The notes under the pieces are model-generated. The model did not search any database. It was not told the origin of the DNA and saw only the letters and a program-made list of their open reading frames with translations. The translations under genes were made by a program, and so were the position numbers. From Bryobacterales bacterium (GTDB lineage: Bacteria; Acidobacteriota; Terriglobia; Bryobacterales; UBA6623): a stretch of DNA of 64,000 nucleotides. This document shows, piece by piece, positions 11,562 through 22,711 of the stretch. Numbering within the stretch: the first letter of the stretch is position 1; every line of letters begins with the position of its first letter. Location of the stretch: contig OY729428.2 of NCBI GenBank assembly GCA_963422375.2, positions 3,136,001-3,200,000 on the forward strand. The letters are read 5' to 3'.

Positions 11562-14382
11562 ATGAACATGCCGAAGAATATCGAGTCGACTTGGAACACC
11601 GAGCTCGGCAGGCTGCTGATCCCCCGCCATCCGCTCTGGAACCAAGACAACGTCCACGCCGAGCGTACGGGCACGCTCCGCAACCATCCGGGTCGTAAGG
11701 TCGACGTCCTTATTGAGAATCCGAACGGTCAGGCAGTCGCCATCGAGACCGAGTTCCACGCCGGCCCCCAAGTCCGACGGGAAGCAGAGCAGCGCCTCGG
11801 GATGTCCATGGAGTCCAGCGGCCGCACCATCGAGAGCTCAATCCCAGTGGTGCTGCCCGACAGCCTGCAGCACGGAGACCCAGGCAGACTCGAGTCGGCC
11901 CCCCTCCGCTACGCCACCCACCAGCTCCTCGCGAATTCGGCCGCACCGCGCCGGTGGCCGCACGAAGGCTGGCTGACCGGCAACATTGACGACCTAGCCG
12001 ACGCGATCGAGGCCGTGTCGCTTTCCGAACGCCGACTTACCCTCGGCGTTCAGACACTGGAGCGGGCCATCTCGGACGGCAGCGCCCACCTGCGCAGGAA
12101 CGTTCCAGAGCACGCCCTCGGCCTAATGGCCGCGAAGCTCCACCAAGAGGAAAGCGAGCAGACCACGCGCATGGCCGTTTCCATCCTTTCAAGCGCGTTC
12201 GTGTTCCACTACGCCATCGAGGGGCAGCCGGGCATTCCGGCCCTCGATTCGCTGCGGGATGAGGACCTGCTCAAGAGCAAGCTCGTCGAGATCTGGGACG
12301 CCATCCTCCTAGTCAACTACTGGCCCATCTTCAGCATCGCCAAGGAGATTCTGCGCCCCATTCCCGCAAGGGTCGTTCCGGCGTTGCTTGCCTTGATCGA
12401 CGGCGCCTCCCAGCAGCTGGCATCGATGGGAGTGACCACGTTCCACGACTTGGCGGGCCGCATGTTCCAGACACTCATCAGCGACCGCTAGTTCCTCGCA
12501 ACCTTCTACACCCTGCCCTCTTCGGCCTGCCTCCTCGCGGAATTGGCGACCGCCCGGCTCGACTTGGACTGGTCGGACGCCGCCGGCGTGGCCGACCTGC
12601 GTGTCGCGGACTTCGCATGTGGCATCGGGGCCCTGCTCTCCGCGGCCCAGCGTGCCGTCTACCGCCGTCACCGCCGGGCCGGGGGCGACGACACCCGACT
12701 CCATAGCGCCATGATGGAGCGCTCGCTGATCGGCACTGACATCATGCCGGCTGCAACCCACATCACGGCCTCGATGCTGTCGAGCACCCATCCCGGCGTG
12801 ACCTACGATCAGTCGATGATCCACCCCCTCCCCTACGGCACCGACGAATGGGGCACATCGATCGGCTCTTTGGACCTGCTCGATTCCAAGCACGCCGAGA
12901 GCCTGTTCGGCACAGGGGGCACGCGCATGGCAGGCAGGGTCGCCCCAGCCGCCCCCAAGGATCGGCGTGAGAGCATTCGCGTCGACGACGAATCCTGCGA
13001 CTTAGTGATCATGAACCCGCCCTTCACCCGCCCTACCGGTCACGAAGCGGCAAAAGTGAGCGTGCCCATGCCAGCCTTTGCCGGCTTCGGGAAGTCCGGC
13101 GAGGAGCAGCGTGCGATGTCGACCAAGCTTCGGAATATCGACCGCGTCTTCGGGCACGGCAGCGCCGGCCTCGCCTCCAACTTCATGGACCTAGCGCACC
13201 GGAAGCTGAAGCCGGGAGGCGTGCTTGCCCTAGTGCTGCCATTCGCTTTCGCCAGCGGACGGGCGTGGCGTGCGGCCCGGGAGGCGCTCGCCGCGCAATA
13301 CAGCGACATCAGCGTAGTCTCCGTCGCTGCCAGCGGATCCACCGACCGGGCGTTCTCGGCCGATACCGGAATGGCCGAGTGCTTGCTGGTGGCGACTAGG
13401 GCGGCGACCGAGCGCGTGCGCGCTAAGAGTGCCGTGTCGTATTCCAACATTGCCTCCCGGCCAAGGTCTCTGCTCGAAGCGCACGTAGAGGCCAAGCGCA
13501 TCGCGACCGGTACGAATCGCATCCATGGCGGCATCGCCGACGGAGGGGCGGCAGCTGTCCGCGAGGCGGGTGTCGCTCAAGCAGCGCTAGGCCTGAAGAC
13601 AGGCAAGCTGCGACTTCCGCGAGAGACCGAGAGACAAGGCCATTCGAGATTGCGGTAACCAAGCCGGCAGATGTCACCGAGCGCGGCCTGTACCACATGG
13701 ACATCAACGGCAGGCCGCCCAGGGGGGCGTTCGACATCCGCAAGAAGCTTCCGGGCGAGTTCCCGACCTATCCTGCGCTATGGACGCACAGCGCGGAGCG
13801 CGAACGCAGGCTGGTCGTGGAGACGGACACCTGCAGCGATCCGCGCCAAGGACTCGAGGAGAAGGCGAGCGCGACATGGCGGCAACAGCGTCCAGACTGC
13901 ATTTCAATGTCGATTTCCGGCTGAACTCGCAGAGCCTCGCGATATGTGTCACTCCTGAACCGAGTCTCGGCGGCCGGGCGTGGGCTAATGTCCGCCCGAG
14001 CAATCCCAAGCACGAAGCACCATTGCTGTTATGGGCTAACACCACGGCGGGCCTTCTGTCGTACTGGTGGAACGCAACCAGGCAGCAGCAGGGGCGCGCC
14101 AGCATCAAGATCACGGCCATTGCGGAAGTATCCGTCCTTGACCCTAGGATTCTGAGCGAGGCCCAGCGGGTCGCCGGTGATCGGATCTACCGGGCGTTCC
14201 TTGATCGGGCCTTCCTTCCTGCGAACGAGGCGTACCGCGACCAGACGCGCAAGGACCTCGATCGCGCCGTGCTGGTCGACCTCCTTGGAATGCCTGCGGG
14301 CTTGCTCGAGTCCTTGGATCTGCTGCGCATGCAATGGTGCGCGGAACCGTCGGTGCATGGCGGAAAATCTACCGCGCCGTGA
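11562..14382 (+). pseudogene. type IIG-like fused restriction endonuclease/N6-adenine methyltransferase, disrupted
   Basis: N-terminal VDVLI..IETEF (PD-(D/E)xK-like), motif I ADFACGIG, motif IV MNPPF. In-frame TAG at 12489-12491 and frameshifts near 13640 and 13880. Confidence 0.85.
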
Positions 14383-14629
14383 ACCCGTCTGATCCAGCGA
14401 CCATTCTCAAGACAATCACCGCCTGTTCACCATCTCGGCAAGCCAACCGGTTTCGTCGCCGTTGAGGCGCGTGACACCCGGTCCAACAGCCCCGGAACGG
14501 ACTCTCGGCCCGGCCCTGACCATTCGACGGCTAGGACGAGGGCCCCAGCCGAGTGGGCCCGCTTCGGAACGGCGAAAGGGGCCAACGAGACGGGCGGCAT
14601 TCCGCCGATCCCGGAACCGCTTGTGAGCC

Positions 14630-14835
14630 GCCACGTCGACCGGACTCATGATCGAGAGTGCCATCTCGGTGGCGCTCCCTAGCAGCTTGCAGCACGTTGA
14701 TCCGGAACAACTCGAGCGTGCGCGGTTGCTCTACGCCACCCACCAGTTCGTTGAGATGGCCGACGCGCCGCGTCGGTGGCCATGCGAACGGTGGCTGACC
14801 GGAGCTGTCGACGACCTCGCCGACGCGATTGATCC
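14630..14835 (+). pseudogene. paralogous fragment of the upstream RM gene
   Basis: IESAISVALPSSLQHVDP..YATHQ..PRRWPCERWLTGAVDDLADAI aligns with IESSIPVVLPDSLQHGDP..YATHQ..PRRWPHEGWLTGNIDDLADAI (about 11830-12010). Ends at the IS1634 edge. Confidence 0.85.
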
Positions 14836-16168
14836 CTAGCAATTCGAACGAAACTCGCTCTGAATCTCGGTTTTCTGCCGGTCAGGCCGTCATCCTCGAT
14901 GTAGCGACCAGGTAATGACCACTGCTTGCATGGACAGCGCCCGGCGTGCCGCGATCAAGTCGAGTTCGTGCGACGAGTCGAGACCCGTGCCGAGGGAGCC
15001 GCCGCCGGCGTCTCCTACCGCCTGGTCCCTTCCCGGCGCGAGCACCGCGGCAAGGTGCGCCAGCTCGTCCTGGCCCATTTCCCAGCCGGGCTCGATGACC
15101 GCGCACCCAAGGACCACCGGCCGCGTCTTGTCGCCGCCACGGAGGACGCCGCTCGCCGCGCTGCCATCCACCTTGCGGCATGCCGACGTGCGCGAGGCCG
15201 GGCGGCACGACTTGCAGGTGGCCCGGGAGCTGGGCCTGCGTGCGTGCCTGGAAGACGGCGGCCTGCGCAGGCCAGATCCGGCTGGGCATGGCCTGGATCC
15301 TGCATCCGTCCAGCGAGAGGGAGATCCTGCGCTGGCTGCGCCACCACTCGGCCCTCGGCGAACTGCTGGGGCCGCCTCCCGGCGACCTCGCCGCCGACGC
15401 CCCGTGGCGGGTCGAGCCGCGCATCGTCTTCTACGACCTCTCCAACACGTTCCACACCGGCTGGCCAGGGCACGAGTGCGCCGCGCACGGCCGCCCCAAG
15501 TAGGAGCGTCACGACTGCCCGCTGGTCACCCTGGGGCTGCTGATGGACGGGGAGGGCTTCCCGCGACGCTCGGAAGCGCTGGCGGGCAACGTCGGCGAGG
15601 CCGACACGTCGCGGGACGCGATGGAGCGCCTGGGCGCGGGGCAGGGCGAGCCACCCGCGGGCAAGCGGGCCAAGGACGTGGCGGAGTTGCGGTCGCCGCA
15701 CGGGGGCCTTGCGGTGAAGGGGTGCCTGAGGTCGCTCGACAAGGTGACGCGCAAGGTGGGCGGCTCGAGGAGACGTACAAGCTGGTGGCGTGCCAGTACA
15801 CGGTCACGGTGGAAGCCGGAGAGAAGGGCCGGGCGGCCGCTATGCACCGGGAGCCCGACCGGCGCTATCCGGAGCGCGACCGGATCCAAGGCACGAGCCT
15901 GCTGCGCACCAGCCAGTTCGAGTGAGACGACACCCGGATCGCGCTCGAGTGCTGCCGCCTGGCGGAAATCGAGGCGACCTTCCGGTGCTTCAAGGTGCTT
16001 CAAGGAGGAGCTGGGCTTGCGCCCCCTGTGCCACCGCCCCGGCCGACGGGGGGAGCGGGGCGACGCAGGACAACAGAATGTGGTGACCGCAAATCCGCTT
16101 GGCGGAAGTTCAAGTCAACGAAATCAACGACTTACAGGTGCCCCTTCTGAAAGACCCGAAACTTGGGA
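14836..16168 (+). mobile_element. IS1634-family element with internally deleted transposase pseudogene
   Basis: YRLV..GKVRQ, ILHPSSERE..WLRHHSALGELLG, FYDLSNT, K*ERHDCPLVTLGLLMDGEGFP..GNVGE, IEATFRCFKEELGLRP. Stops and frameshifts; ends approximate. Confidence 0.8.
16122..16134 (+). promoter_or_regulatory. IHF-consensus site near the IS1634 right end
   Basis: AATCAACGACTTA matches WATCAANNNNTTR. Confidence 0.35.
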
Positions 16169-16425
16169 GCAGTGATCTCGAATCTCGTTACGGATACGGC
16201 CGTGCGGTCGTCTGTAAGTTGAGAGGCTCGGCGCCCGCTACTCCATCCAGCGCATACCTGGTCACCTCGGAGTCGGCCGGGTTGACCGCGCTTCGGCGCG
16301 AGCCGTTCGGGAGGCGTTCGCGACAACGCCGCGTCCCGCCGGGTCGGGCAGTCCCGATTGGTTTCTAATGGGTGTGTCCGGTCGCACTGGCTCTCGGTAT
16401 CAACGGATCTAAGGGGGAATTCCCG

Positions 16426-17862
16426 ATGCATCACCTGCACATCAAGGTTGCGCTGTTCCTCGCCGCCGCGGCCGTCGCGCTGCAAGCGGCGAACTGGGAG
16501 CGCTGGCGCGGCGGGGAGAACAGCGGCATGGCGTCCGGGGACGCCCCGCTGCGCTGGAGTTCGACAGAGAACATCAAGTGGACGGCGGAGATACCCGGAA
16601 GGGCCCACTCCACCCCCGTGATCTGGCAGGACAGGCTGTTCCTCACGACGGCGGTCCCGGCCCGGTCCGTCGAGGAGGTCGAAGCGGCTCGGCGGGCCGC
16701 AACGGCGGCGATCGACCTGGAGGAGCTAAGACCGGAGCTGGAAGCGCACTACCTGCGGCTCGCGGGCGGCAAGCAGCCTTCCGAACTCACCACTGCCGAG
16801 CGCAGGCGCATCACGCGGCAGCTCGGTCGCGTAGGCGCGGTTCGCGGCACCGCGGCGGGAATCGAGCACCGGTTCGTCGTCATGGCGCTCGACAGGGATA
16901 CCGGCGAGACGATCTGGGAGCGGACGCCGGTCACCGAGACGCCTCACGAGGGGTACCACCGCCGCTACGGCAGCTTCGCTTCGATCTCTCCCGTCACGGA
17001 CGGCGAGCGTCTGTACGTCTCTTTCGGTTCGCGCGGCCTCTTCGCCTACGACCTGAACGGAAGCCTCGCATGGAAAAAGGACTACGGCATTCCGCTGCAG
17101 ATGGCGGGCACCTTCGGGGAAGGTAGATCGCCCGCTCTCCACGGCGAGACGCTGCTCATGGTCTTCGACCACCAAGGAGACTCGTTCATCTCCGCTCTCG
17201 ACAAGCGCACCGGCGAGGAGCGCTGGAGGCGGCAGCGCAACGAGCGCAGCGCGTGGTCGCATCCGCTCGTCACCGAGCACGCCGGGAGAACCCAAGCCAT
17301 CGTGACCGCATCCGGCAAGATTCGCAGCTACGACTTGGAATCCGGCGAATTGATCTGGGAGTGCGCCGGCCTCGGATCGAACGTGATTCCGGCCGTGGTT
17401 CGCGACGGGGACGTGGTCTTCGCAATGAGCGGACACCGGGATCCGAACCTACTGGCCATCCGCCTCGGCGGCGAGGGCGACGTCACCGGAAGCGACTTGG
17501 TCCTGTGGACCAACCAGCGCGGCAACTCGTATACGCCTTCCCCGGTGATCCACGAGGGCATCCTGTACTTCGTCACCGACCGAGGCTTGGCCAGCGCTTT
17601 CGACGCGCAAACTGGCAAGCCCCATTACCAGCAGCAGCGGCTCCCGAGCACCTACTCGCTGAAAGCGTCCCCCATCGCAGCGAACGGGAAGCTGTACATC
17701 GCTACCGAGCAGGGCGACGTCGTGGTGCTCAGGATGGGCCCGGAATACGAGGTCCTAGCAACCAATACGATCGACGGGGAGTTTTTCGTGGCGTCTCCGA
17801 TAATCGCGGACGGCGAGATCTTCCTCCGCGGCCGCAACAAGCTCTACGCCGTCAGCGACTGA
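16426..17862 (+). CDS. secreted PQQ-binding-like beta-propeller protein
   Basis: Signal peptide, NWERWRG, WSSTENIKW..IPGRAHSTPVIW, repeated Trp-docking motifs, SPIAANGKLY. Confidence 0.9.
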   Translation: MHHLHIKVALFLAAAAVALQAANWERWRGGENSGMASGDAPLRWSSTENIKWTAEIPGRAHSTPVIWQDRLFLTTAVPARSVEEVEAARRAATAAIDLEELRPELEAHYLRLAGGKQPSELTTAERRRITRQLGRVGAVRGTAAGIEHRFVVMALDRDTGETIWERTPVTETPHEGYHRRYGSFASISPVTDGERLYVSFGSRGLFAYDLNGSLAWKKDYGIPLQMAGTFGEGRSPALHGETLLMVFDHQGDSFISALDKRTGEERWRRQRNERSAWSHPLVTEHAGRTQAIVTASGKIRSYDLESGELIWECAGLGSNVIPAVVRDGDVVFAMSGHRDPNLLAIRLGGEGDVTGSDLVLWTNQRGNSYTPSPVIHEGILYFVTDRGLASAFDAQTGKPHYQQQRLPSTYSLKASPIAANGKLYIATEQGDVVVLRMGPEYEVLATNTIDGEFFVASPIIADGEIFLRGRNKLYAVSD

Positions 17863-17893
17863 GAGGCTTCCCGGGCCGCCGGCTGGGCGGCGA

Positions 17894-19030
17894 TTGCGGC
17901 GGGCGGGCTACCACGCGGAAGCGACCGGCAAGTTCGAACTGAATCCCGACTTCGACATCGGCTTCGTCGAGTACGAGACGCGCCATGCCCGTCGCACGGA
18001 GCCGGACATCACATCGCTGTTTCTCAGCCCGGTCGCCTACCGCAGCGGCGAGCGCGAGCTGACCCGGGGCCGCCCGAGCGACATCCCGCACGCCGACGCC
18101 AGGATAACCGGCAACTGCGTCGAGTTCCTGCGCGAGAGAGCGCACGGCCTCGGGAGACCGTGGTGCTACCACGCCGGGTTCACCGCCCCGCACCCCGCTT
18201 TGGTCGCGGGACGCCGGTGCTGGGACATGTAGCCCCTCGAGGAAATCGACCTGCTCGACCTGCCCGCCGCCTACAGCGAGACACACCTCCTGACATTCCC
18301 GGGTTTCCGCCATTTCGAGCGCGTCGCGACGCCGATACCCTAGCACCGCGTCGGGGAGGCCCGCGCCGGTTACTACGGAGTGGTCACCGCACTGGACGAG
18401 CACATCGGGTAGGTCTGGCGAGCCGTCGAGGAAACCGGCCAGATCGACGCTGCCGAATTGGGGGTCACGTCCGACCGCAGCGAGGCGCTGGGCGCCCACG
18501 GGCTCCGGCCCCGGAACAACCTGCTCGAGCCGGCCGCTCACGTGCCCCGTCTCGTCGCCGGGGCCGGTCTACCCAAGGACCGGAGGGTGGACTGGGCCCC
18601 GAGGAGCCACGTGGACCCAGTCCGAGCCCCGCTCGAACGGAGCAGAGCGCTGGGCGGCGAGGAGTTGCGGGCATGCTCGCTGGTCCGGCTTATGCACGGC
18701 CAGTCCGGAGACCATCCCGGCTGGGCGTACTCGGAGCGCCATTCGGAGGGCAACGCCGCGGGCTCGTTCACGATCCGCGAGGGCCCGTGGAAATACGTTC
18801 GTTTCGCTTGGTACGGCAACCCGCTCTTCAACTTGGACGACGACCCGGGCGAGCTCCGCGACCGCAGCGGCGACCCGTCTGTGCGACCGGCGCTGCAAGA
18901 CCTGCGCGCCGTGCTCGACTCGCAGGCTGACTCCGAAGCCTTCGCTCGAGCCGGCATCGCCGAGCAGGAGCGGACGCTCGCGGATCTCGCGCGGGCCCTT
19001 GCCGCGGCGGCCAAGCGCGGGTTCGGGTAG
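17894..19030 (+). pseudogene. sulfatase (choline-sulfatase-like) pseudogene, N-terminus missing
   Basis: GFTAPHP, RAGYYGVVTALDEHIG, TSDRSEALGAHGL, AYSERH, IREGPWKYV, LFNLDDDPGE. In-frame TAGs at 18230, 18341, 18410; no CxPxR region. Confidence 0.8.
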
Positions 19031-19069
19031 GACGGCAGGTGAATCCGGCCGCCGGGAGCCGAGTCCGTG

Positions 19070-21514
19070 CTACTCCGTCTCCGCGAGCAGCCAGGCCTCG
19101 GGATCGATGACCACCCTCGAAGCGGGATTCCTCAGCACGACGGAGAACCCCGGATCCTCGCCGCCGCCGGGTATGTCGCCGGTAACCACGGTCTTGACGA
19201 GCGACCGTCCCGGCAGGGTATGCACCTCGACCGGCACGCTCGCGGTGAAGTAGTCCGGCACCCCGCGCTGCAGCAGCCGTAGATCGAACCGATGCTGCCC
19301 CCCGCGCGGCACCTGGCTCCATTCCGCCGAATAGCGCGGGATGCCGGTGCCGTAGACCCACTGATCAAAGAAGTCGCGCAGGTCCCCGTCCGGGTAGCCC
19401 TCCGGGAGGAATTCCCCGACGAGCGCGCGGAACCCCTCGGTCGTGACCGGCTCGTCCGCGTGGCGCGAGCACATCTCGCGCAGCATGGAGAAGAAGCTCT
19501 CGTCCCCTAGGATGCCGCGGAGCATGTGAACGATCCAAGCGCCCTTCTCGTAGACGATGACACGGTACGCGCTGGGAAGCTTGGACGTGCGCAAGCGCCT
19601 GCCCAGCACGATGGGGCCTGCGCTCTCGACGGTCGCGTCACCCGACTTGCGGAGGAGGTTGGCGCGGAATCCCGCCAGGGCCGCGTCGCGCTCCGCTGGC
19701 CCCATGCGCTCCTCCAGCCAGAGCAACGACGAGTACGTCGCCAACGCCTCCAAGATCCAAGCGTCCCGGTCCAGCAGAGAGCCCACCACGCCGCCCCACC
19801 ACTGGTGGGCGATCTCATGCGGACGGAGCAGGTCGGCGTAGAAGCGCTGCCGACTCGCGGGAAGATTGCGCAGCAACTGGTCGCCCTTCTGGAAGTAGCT
19901 CAGCGTCGAGGCGTACACCAAACCGGGGAAGCCCTGGCCGAAGTCCCCCGGCACCGGAGAGATCACCGTGACGGGCAGGGCCGGATCGCCGAACCGGCTC
20001 TTGAAGTAGCGGAACGCGTCGGCGCTGTCGTCGGCGATCCGCTCAATGCCGTCCGCGGGATTCGGAACCGGCGGGTTCGGCATGACCAGCACCGGGGTCT
20101 GGCCGCCTCGGTCCCGTCGCCGCCTCGCTCCGGGCACGGGGCTCCGCGGCACGATCACTGGAGTGCGGGACGGCTGCAGGCGCTGCTCGACCTTCTTGGT
20201 CGCGCGAACTTCCACGCGGAAGCCGTCCACGTCGCGGCCCGCAGAGACGTAGTCCCCGAGGTTGAACCCGGCGAGCTGGATAGGTTTGCCGCTGTCAAAC
20301 CGCGAGATTCTCATTCCAGCCTCCGTTGAATCGGACAGAAGCGATCCCGTGGCCACGAGCTCTAGCGTGGCCGGATAACGGAACTCCATCCGGTACCGGG
20401 CCTTGCTGTATCCGGCCCTGGGATACCAGTCGGTCCGGTCCCCGACGGAGTAGATTCCGGATCCGTCGTCGCCCACCACCTTGCCGGCATACTCGAACTC
20501 GATCGGATAGCTGCCCCTGTCTAGGGGCGGGTCGGGAAGCAGCACGACGAGCAGCGCGCTGTCCTCCCCCCTGCCCCGTGCACGCTCCGGACGCCTCTGC
20601 CGGAAGATCTCCGCGGCGCGGCCGTCGATGCGCACCGCGGTCACATCCAATCGCCCGGAGAGCTCGAACCCGAGCGCCCGGGCCCTCGGATCGGACAGGT
20701 CGAGCGTGGCTCGAACCCGGACCTGCATGTAGAGGTCGGTGGCAAGGCGAGCCTCGATCCGGTAGTCGCCTAGCGTGGCCGGGGGCGTCCAGGGAGCGCT
20801 CGCGCCGTCGCGGAAGGACCGGCCCTCGAACCGGGTCCAGACCTCGTAGTAGTCCCGCCCGCCTGACCGCACCAGCTGCCCGACGACGACCTGCTCGGGC
20901 AGCGTCGCGTCGACCACCACGTCGAAGCGACCCAGCGTCGCTCCCCGGATGGCGGCGACGAAGAAGCCCGCATCGTTCCCGCGCCCGGAGCGGAGATCCA
21001 GCAGGACGCGAGGCGCGGACCCCTCGACCAAGTTGCGCAGGACGACGGACCAGCGCGGCGCGATGCGCCGCCCCTCCTCGGCATCGAGGCTCCAGGACGG
21101 GGACTCCCGCAGCGCCTGCTCGAGCGCTTCCGCCGTGTCGTCGGTGAAGAACATCATCGCGTTGCGGAACTTCTCGTTGAGAATCGTCTCGTCGAGAAAG
21201 CCCGCGATGGACTGCCGCTCCGCGGGCGAGGGCGGTATTACGAGGACCTCGCCGACATCGGTCTGCGACGTCGACAGGAACAGGGCCGCGACGGTGCGGC
21301 CGAGCACCGGCTTGGCCAAGATCAAGTGTCCGTCGGTGAAGAAGAGCTTGACTTCCTCGCGCTCGAGGTAGACGTCGCGGACGCGGTAGCAGCGCTCCGG
21401 ATCTAGCTCGATGGACTGGATCGTCCGCAGCAGGTCAGCGCCTTGGGACGCCGCCAAGAGGGCGGCCGCCCATTGCAATGCAAACGCCAGCCGGATCAGC
21501 ATTCGCCGCTCCAA
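19070..21514 (-). CDS. secreted M1 family aminopeptidase
   Basis: Signal peptide, GQGFPGL, HEIAHQWWG..WILEALATY, YEKGAWIVHMLR, FFDQWVYGTG. Confidence 0.9.
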   Translation of the reverse strand: MERRMLIRLAFALQWAAALLAASQGADLLRTIQSIELDPERCYRVRDVYLEREEVKLFFTDGHLILAKPVLGRTVAALFLSTSQTDVGEVLVIPPSPAERQSIAGFLDETILNEKFRNAMMFFTDDTAEALEQALRESPSWSLDAEEGRRIAPRWSVVLRNLVEGSAPRVLLDLRSGRGNDAGFFVAAIRGATLGRFDVVVDATLPEQVVVGQLVRSGGRDYYEVWTRFEGRSFRDGASAPWTPPATLGDYRIEARLATDLYMQVRVRATLDLSDPRARALGFELSGRLDVTAVRIDGRAAEIFRQRRPERARGRGEDSALLVVLLPDPPLDRGSYPIEFEYAGKVVGDDGSGIYSVGDRTDWYPRAGYSKARYRMEFRYPATLELVATGSLLSDSTEAGMRISRFDSGKPIQLAGFNLGDYVSAGRDVDGFRVEVRATKKVEQRLQPSRTPVIVPRSPVPGARRRRDRGGQTPVLVMPNPPVPNPADGIERIADDSADAFRYFKSRFGDPALPVTVISPVPGDFGQGFPGLVYASTLSYFQKGDQLLRNLPASRQRFYADLLRPHEIAHQWWGGVVGSLLDRDAWILEALATYSSLLWLEERMGPAERDAALAGFRANLLRKSGDATVESAGPIVLGRRLRTSKLPSAYRVIVYEKGAWIVHMLRGILGDESFFSMLREMCSRHADEPVTTEGFRALVGEFLPEGYPDGDLRDFFDQWVYGTGIPRYSAEWSQVPRGGQHRFDLRLLQRGVPDYFTASVPVEVHTLPGRSLVKTVVTGDIPGGGEDPGFSVVLRNPASRVVIDPEAWLLAETE

Positions 21515-21642
21515 CTCAGATTGTACGGGCCTGAACGGTCAGCCGGGGCGCTCCGAGCGGCGCCCCGAAGGAACCCAATCCTCCGCTAGCGCGTCTCACA
21601 CATCCAGCAGCCAGCCGGCGTCCAAGCACCGCGAGGTCCACC

Positions 21643-22674
21643 ATGAAGCGAATCGTCCCCCACTTCACTGTCGCAGCCGTCGCTCTCGCCCTGGCGGCGG
21701 GCCAGTGCCTGGCCGAGCTCCGCGCCGTACCCGAGGGCGCGTCGCCCGCGCCGCGGAACCCCAAGCAGGACGTTGCCAGGATCGGCGACAGGCCGGTCGG
21801 CAAGGGAGTCAACTTCTACAGCATCGAGAAAGAGATCGAGATGGGCCGGAAACTCGCAGACGAGATCGAGCAAGCCGCCCGGATCGTAGAAGACCCGGGG
21901 ATCGCCGAGTTCGTCAACCGGATCGGGCAGAACATCGCCCGCAGCTCGGACTCGAAGGTCCCGTTGGCGATCAAGGTGATCGACTCGGAAGAGGTCAACG
22001 CCTTCGCCCTGCCGGGCGGCTTCCTCTACGTGAACACCGGCTTGATCGAGCTTGCCGAGGACGAAGCCGAGCTCGCGGGAGTAATGGCCCACGAGGTCGC
22101 CCATGTGGCGGCCCGGCACAGCACCCGCAGCGCGACTAGAGCCCAGCTCTCGCAGTTCGCGACCCTTCCACTCGTTTTCATCGGAGGCTGGGCGGGCTAC
22201 GGAGCCCAGCAGGCCGCCAAGTTCGCCATTCCAATGACCATGCTGAAGTTCTCGCGGGACTTCGAGCGGGAGGCGGACCTGCTCGGCGTGCAGTACATGT
22301 ACGAGGCCGGGTACGACCCGGCGTCGATGGTGCAGTTCTTCGAGCGCCTGCAAGCGATGAAGAAGAAGAACGAGAACGTGATCGCCCGGGCATTCGGCTC
22401 GCACCCGCTCACCAAGAGCCGCATCCGACACGTCCAGGAAGCCATCGACAAGATCCTGCCCGAGCGCGCGCAGTACGCCGTCACAACGAGCGAGTTCCAA
22501 GAGGTGAAGGATCGAATCGCGCGGATCAACGCGAGACGCAAGCCGACCGCGGAGGATCCGGACAGGCCGACGCTCAGGCGAAGGAATGGCGAGGAGCCTG
22601 TCCTGCCGGGCGATCCCGACGCCGAGGCGGCAGAAGCCGAGCGACCGACGCTGACGCGGCGCCACGCGTCCTAA
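21643..22674 (+). CDS. M48 family metalloprotease
   Basis: Signal peptide, VNAFALPGG, ELAGVMAHEVAHV, FSRDFEREAD, GYDP, SHP. Confidence 0.92.
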   Translation: MKRIVPHFTVAAVALALAAGQCLAELRAVPEGASPAPRNPKQDVARIGDRPVGKGVNFYSIEKEIEMGRKLADEIEQAARIVEDPGIAEFVNRIGQNIARSSDSKVPLAIKVIDSEEVNAFALPGGFLYVNTGLIELAEDEAELAGVMAHEVAHVAARHSTRSATRAQLSQFATLPLVFIGGWAGYGAQQAAKFAIPMTMLKFSRDFEREADLLGVQYMYEAGYDPASMVQFFERLQAMKKKNENVIARAFGSHPLTKSRIRHVQEAIDKILPERAQYAVTTSEFQEVKDRIARINARRKPTAEDPDRPTLRRRNGEEPVLPGDPDAEAAEAERPTLTRRHAS

Positions 22675-22676
22675 CA

Positions 22677-22702
22677 GGCCACGGGGGCGGCCTCTCGTGG
22701 CC
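22677..22702. terminator. hairpin between convergent genes
   Basis: GGCCACG...CGTGGCC stem; no U-tract. Confidence 0.35.
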
Positions 22703-22711
22703 CCGCTCGCG

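Noticed and set aside
15983..16004. Short tandem repeat GGTGCTTCAA x2 (similar ones near 7320 and 31171)
   Set aside because: Slippage duplications inside dead transposases with no evident function.
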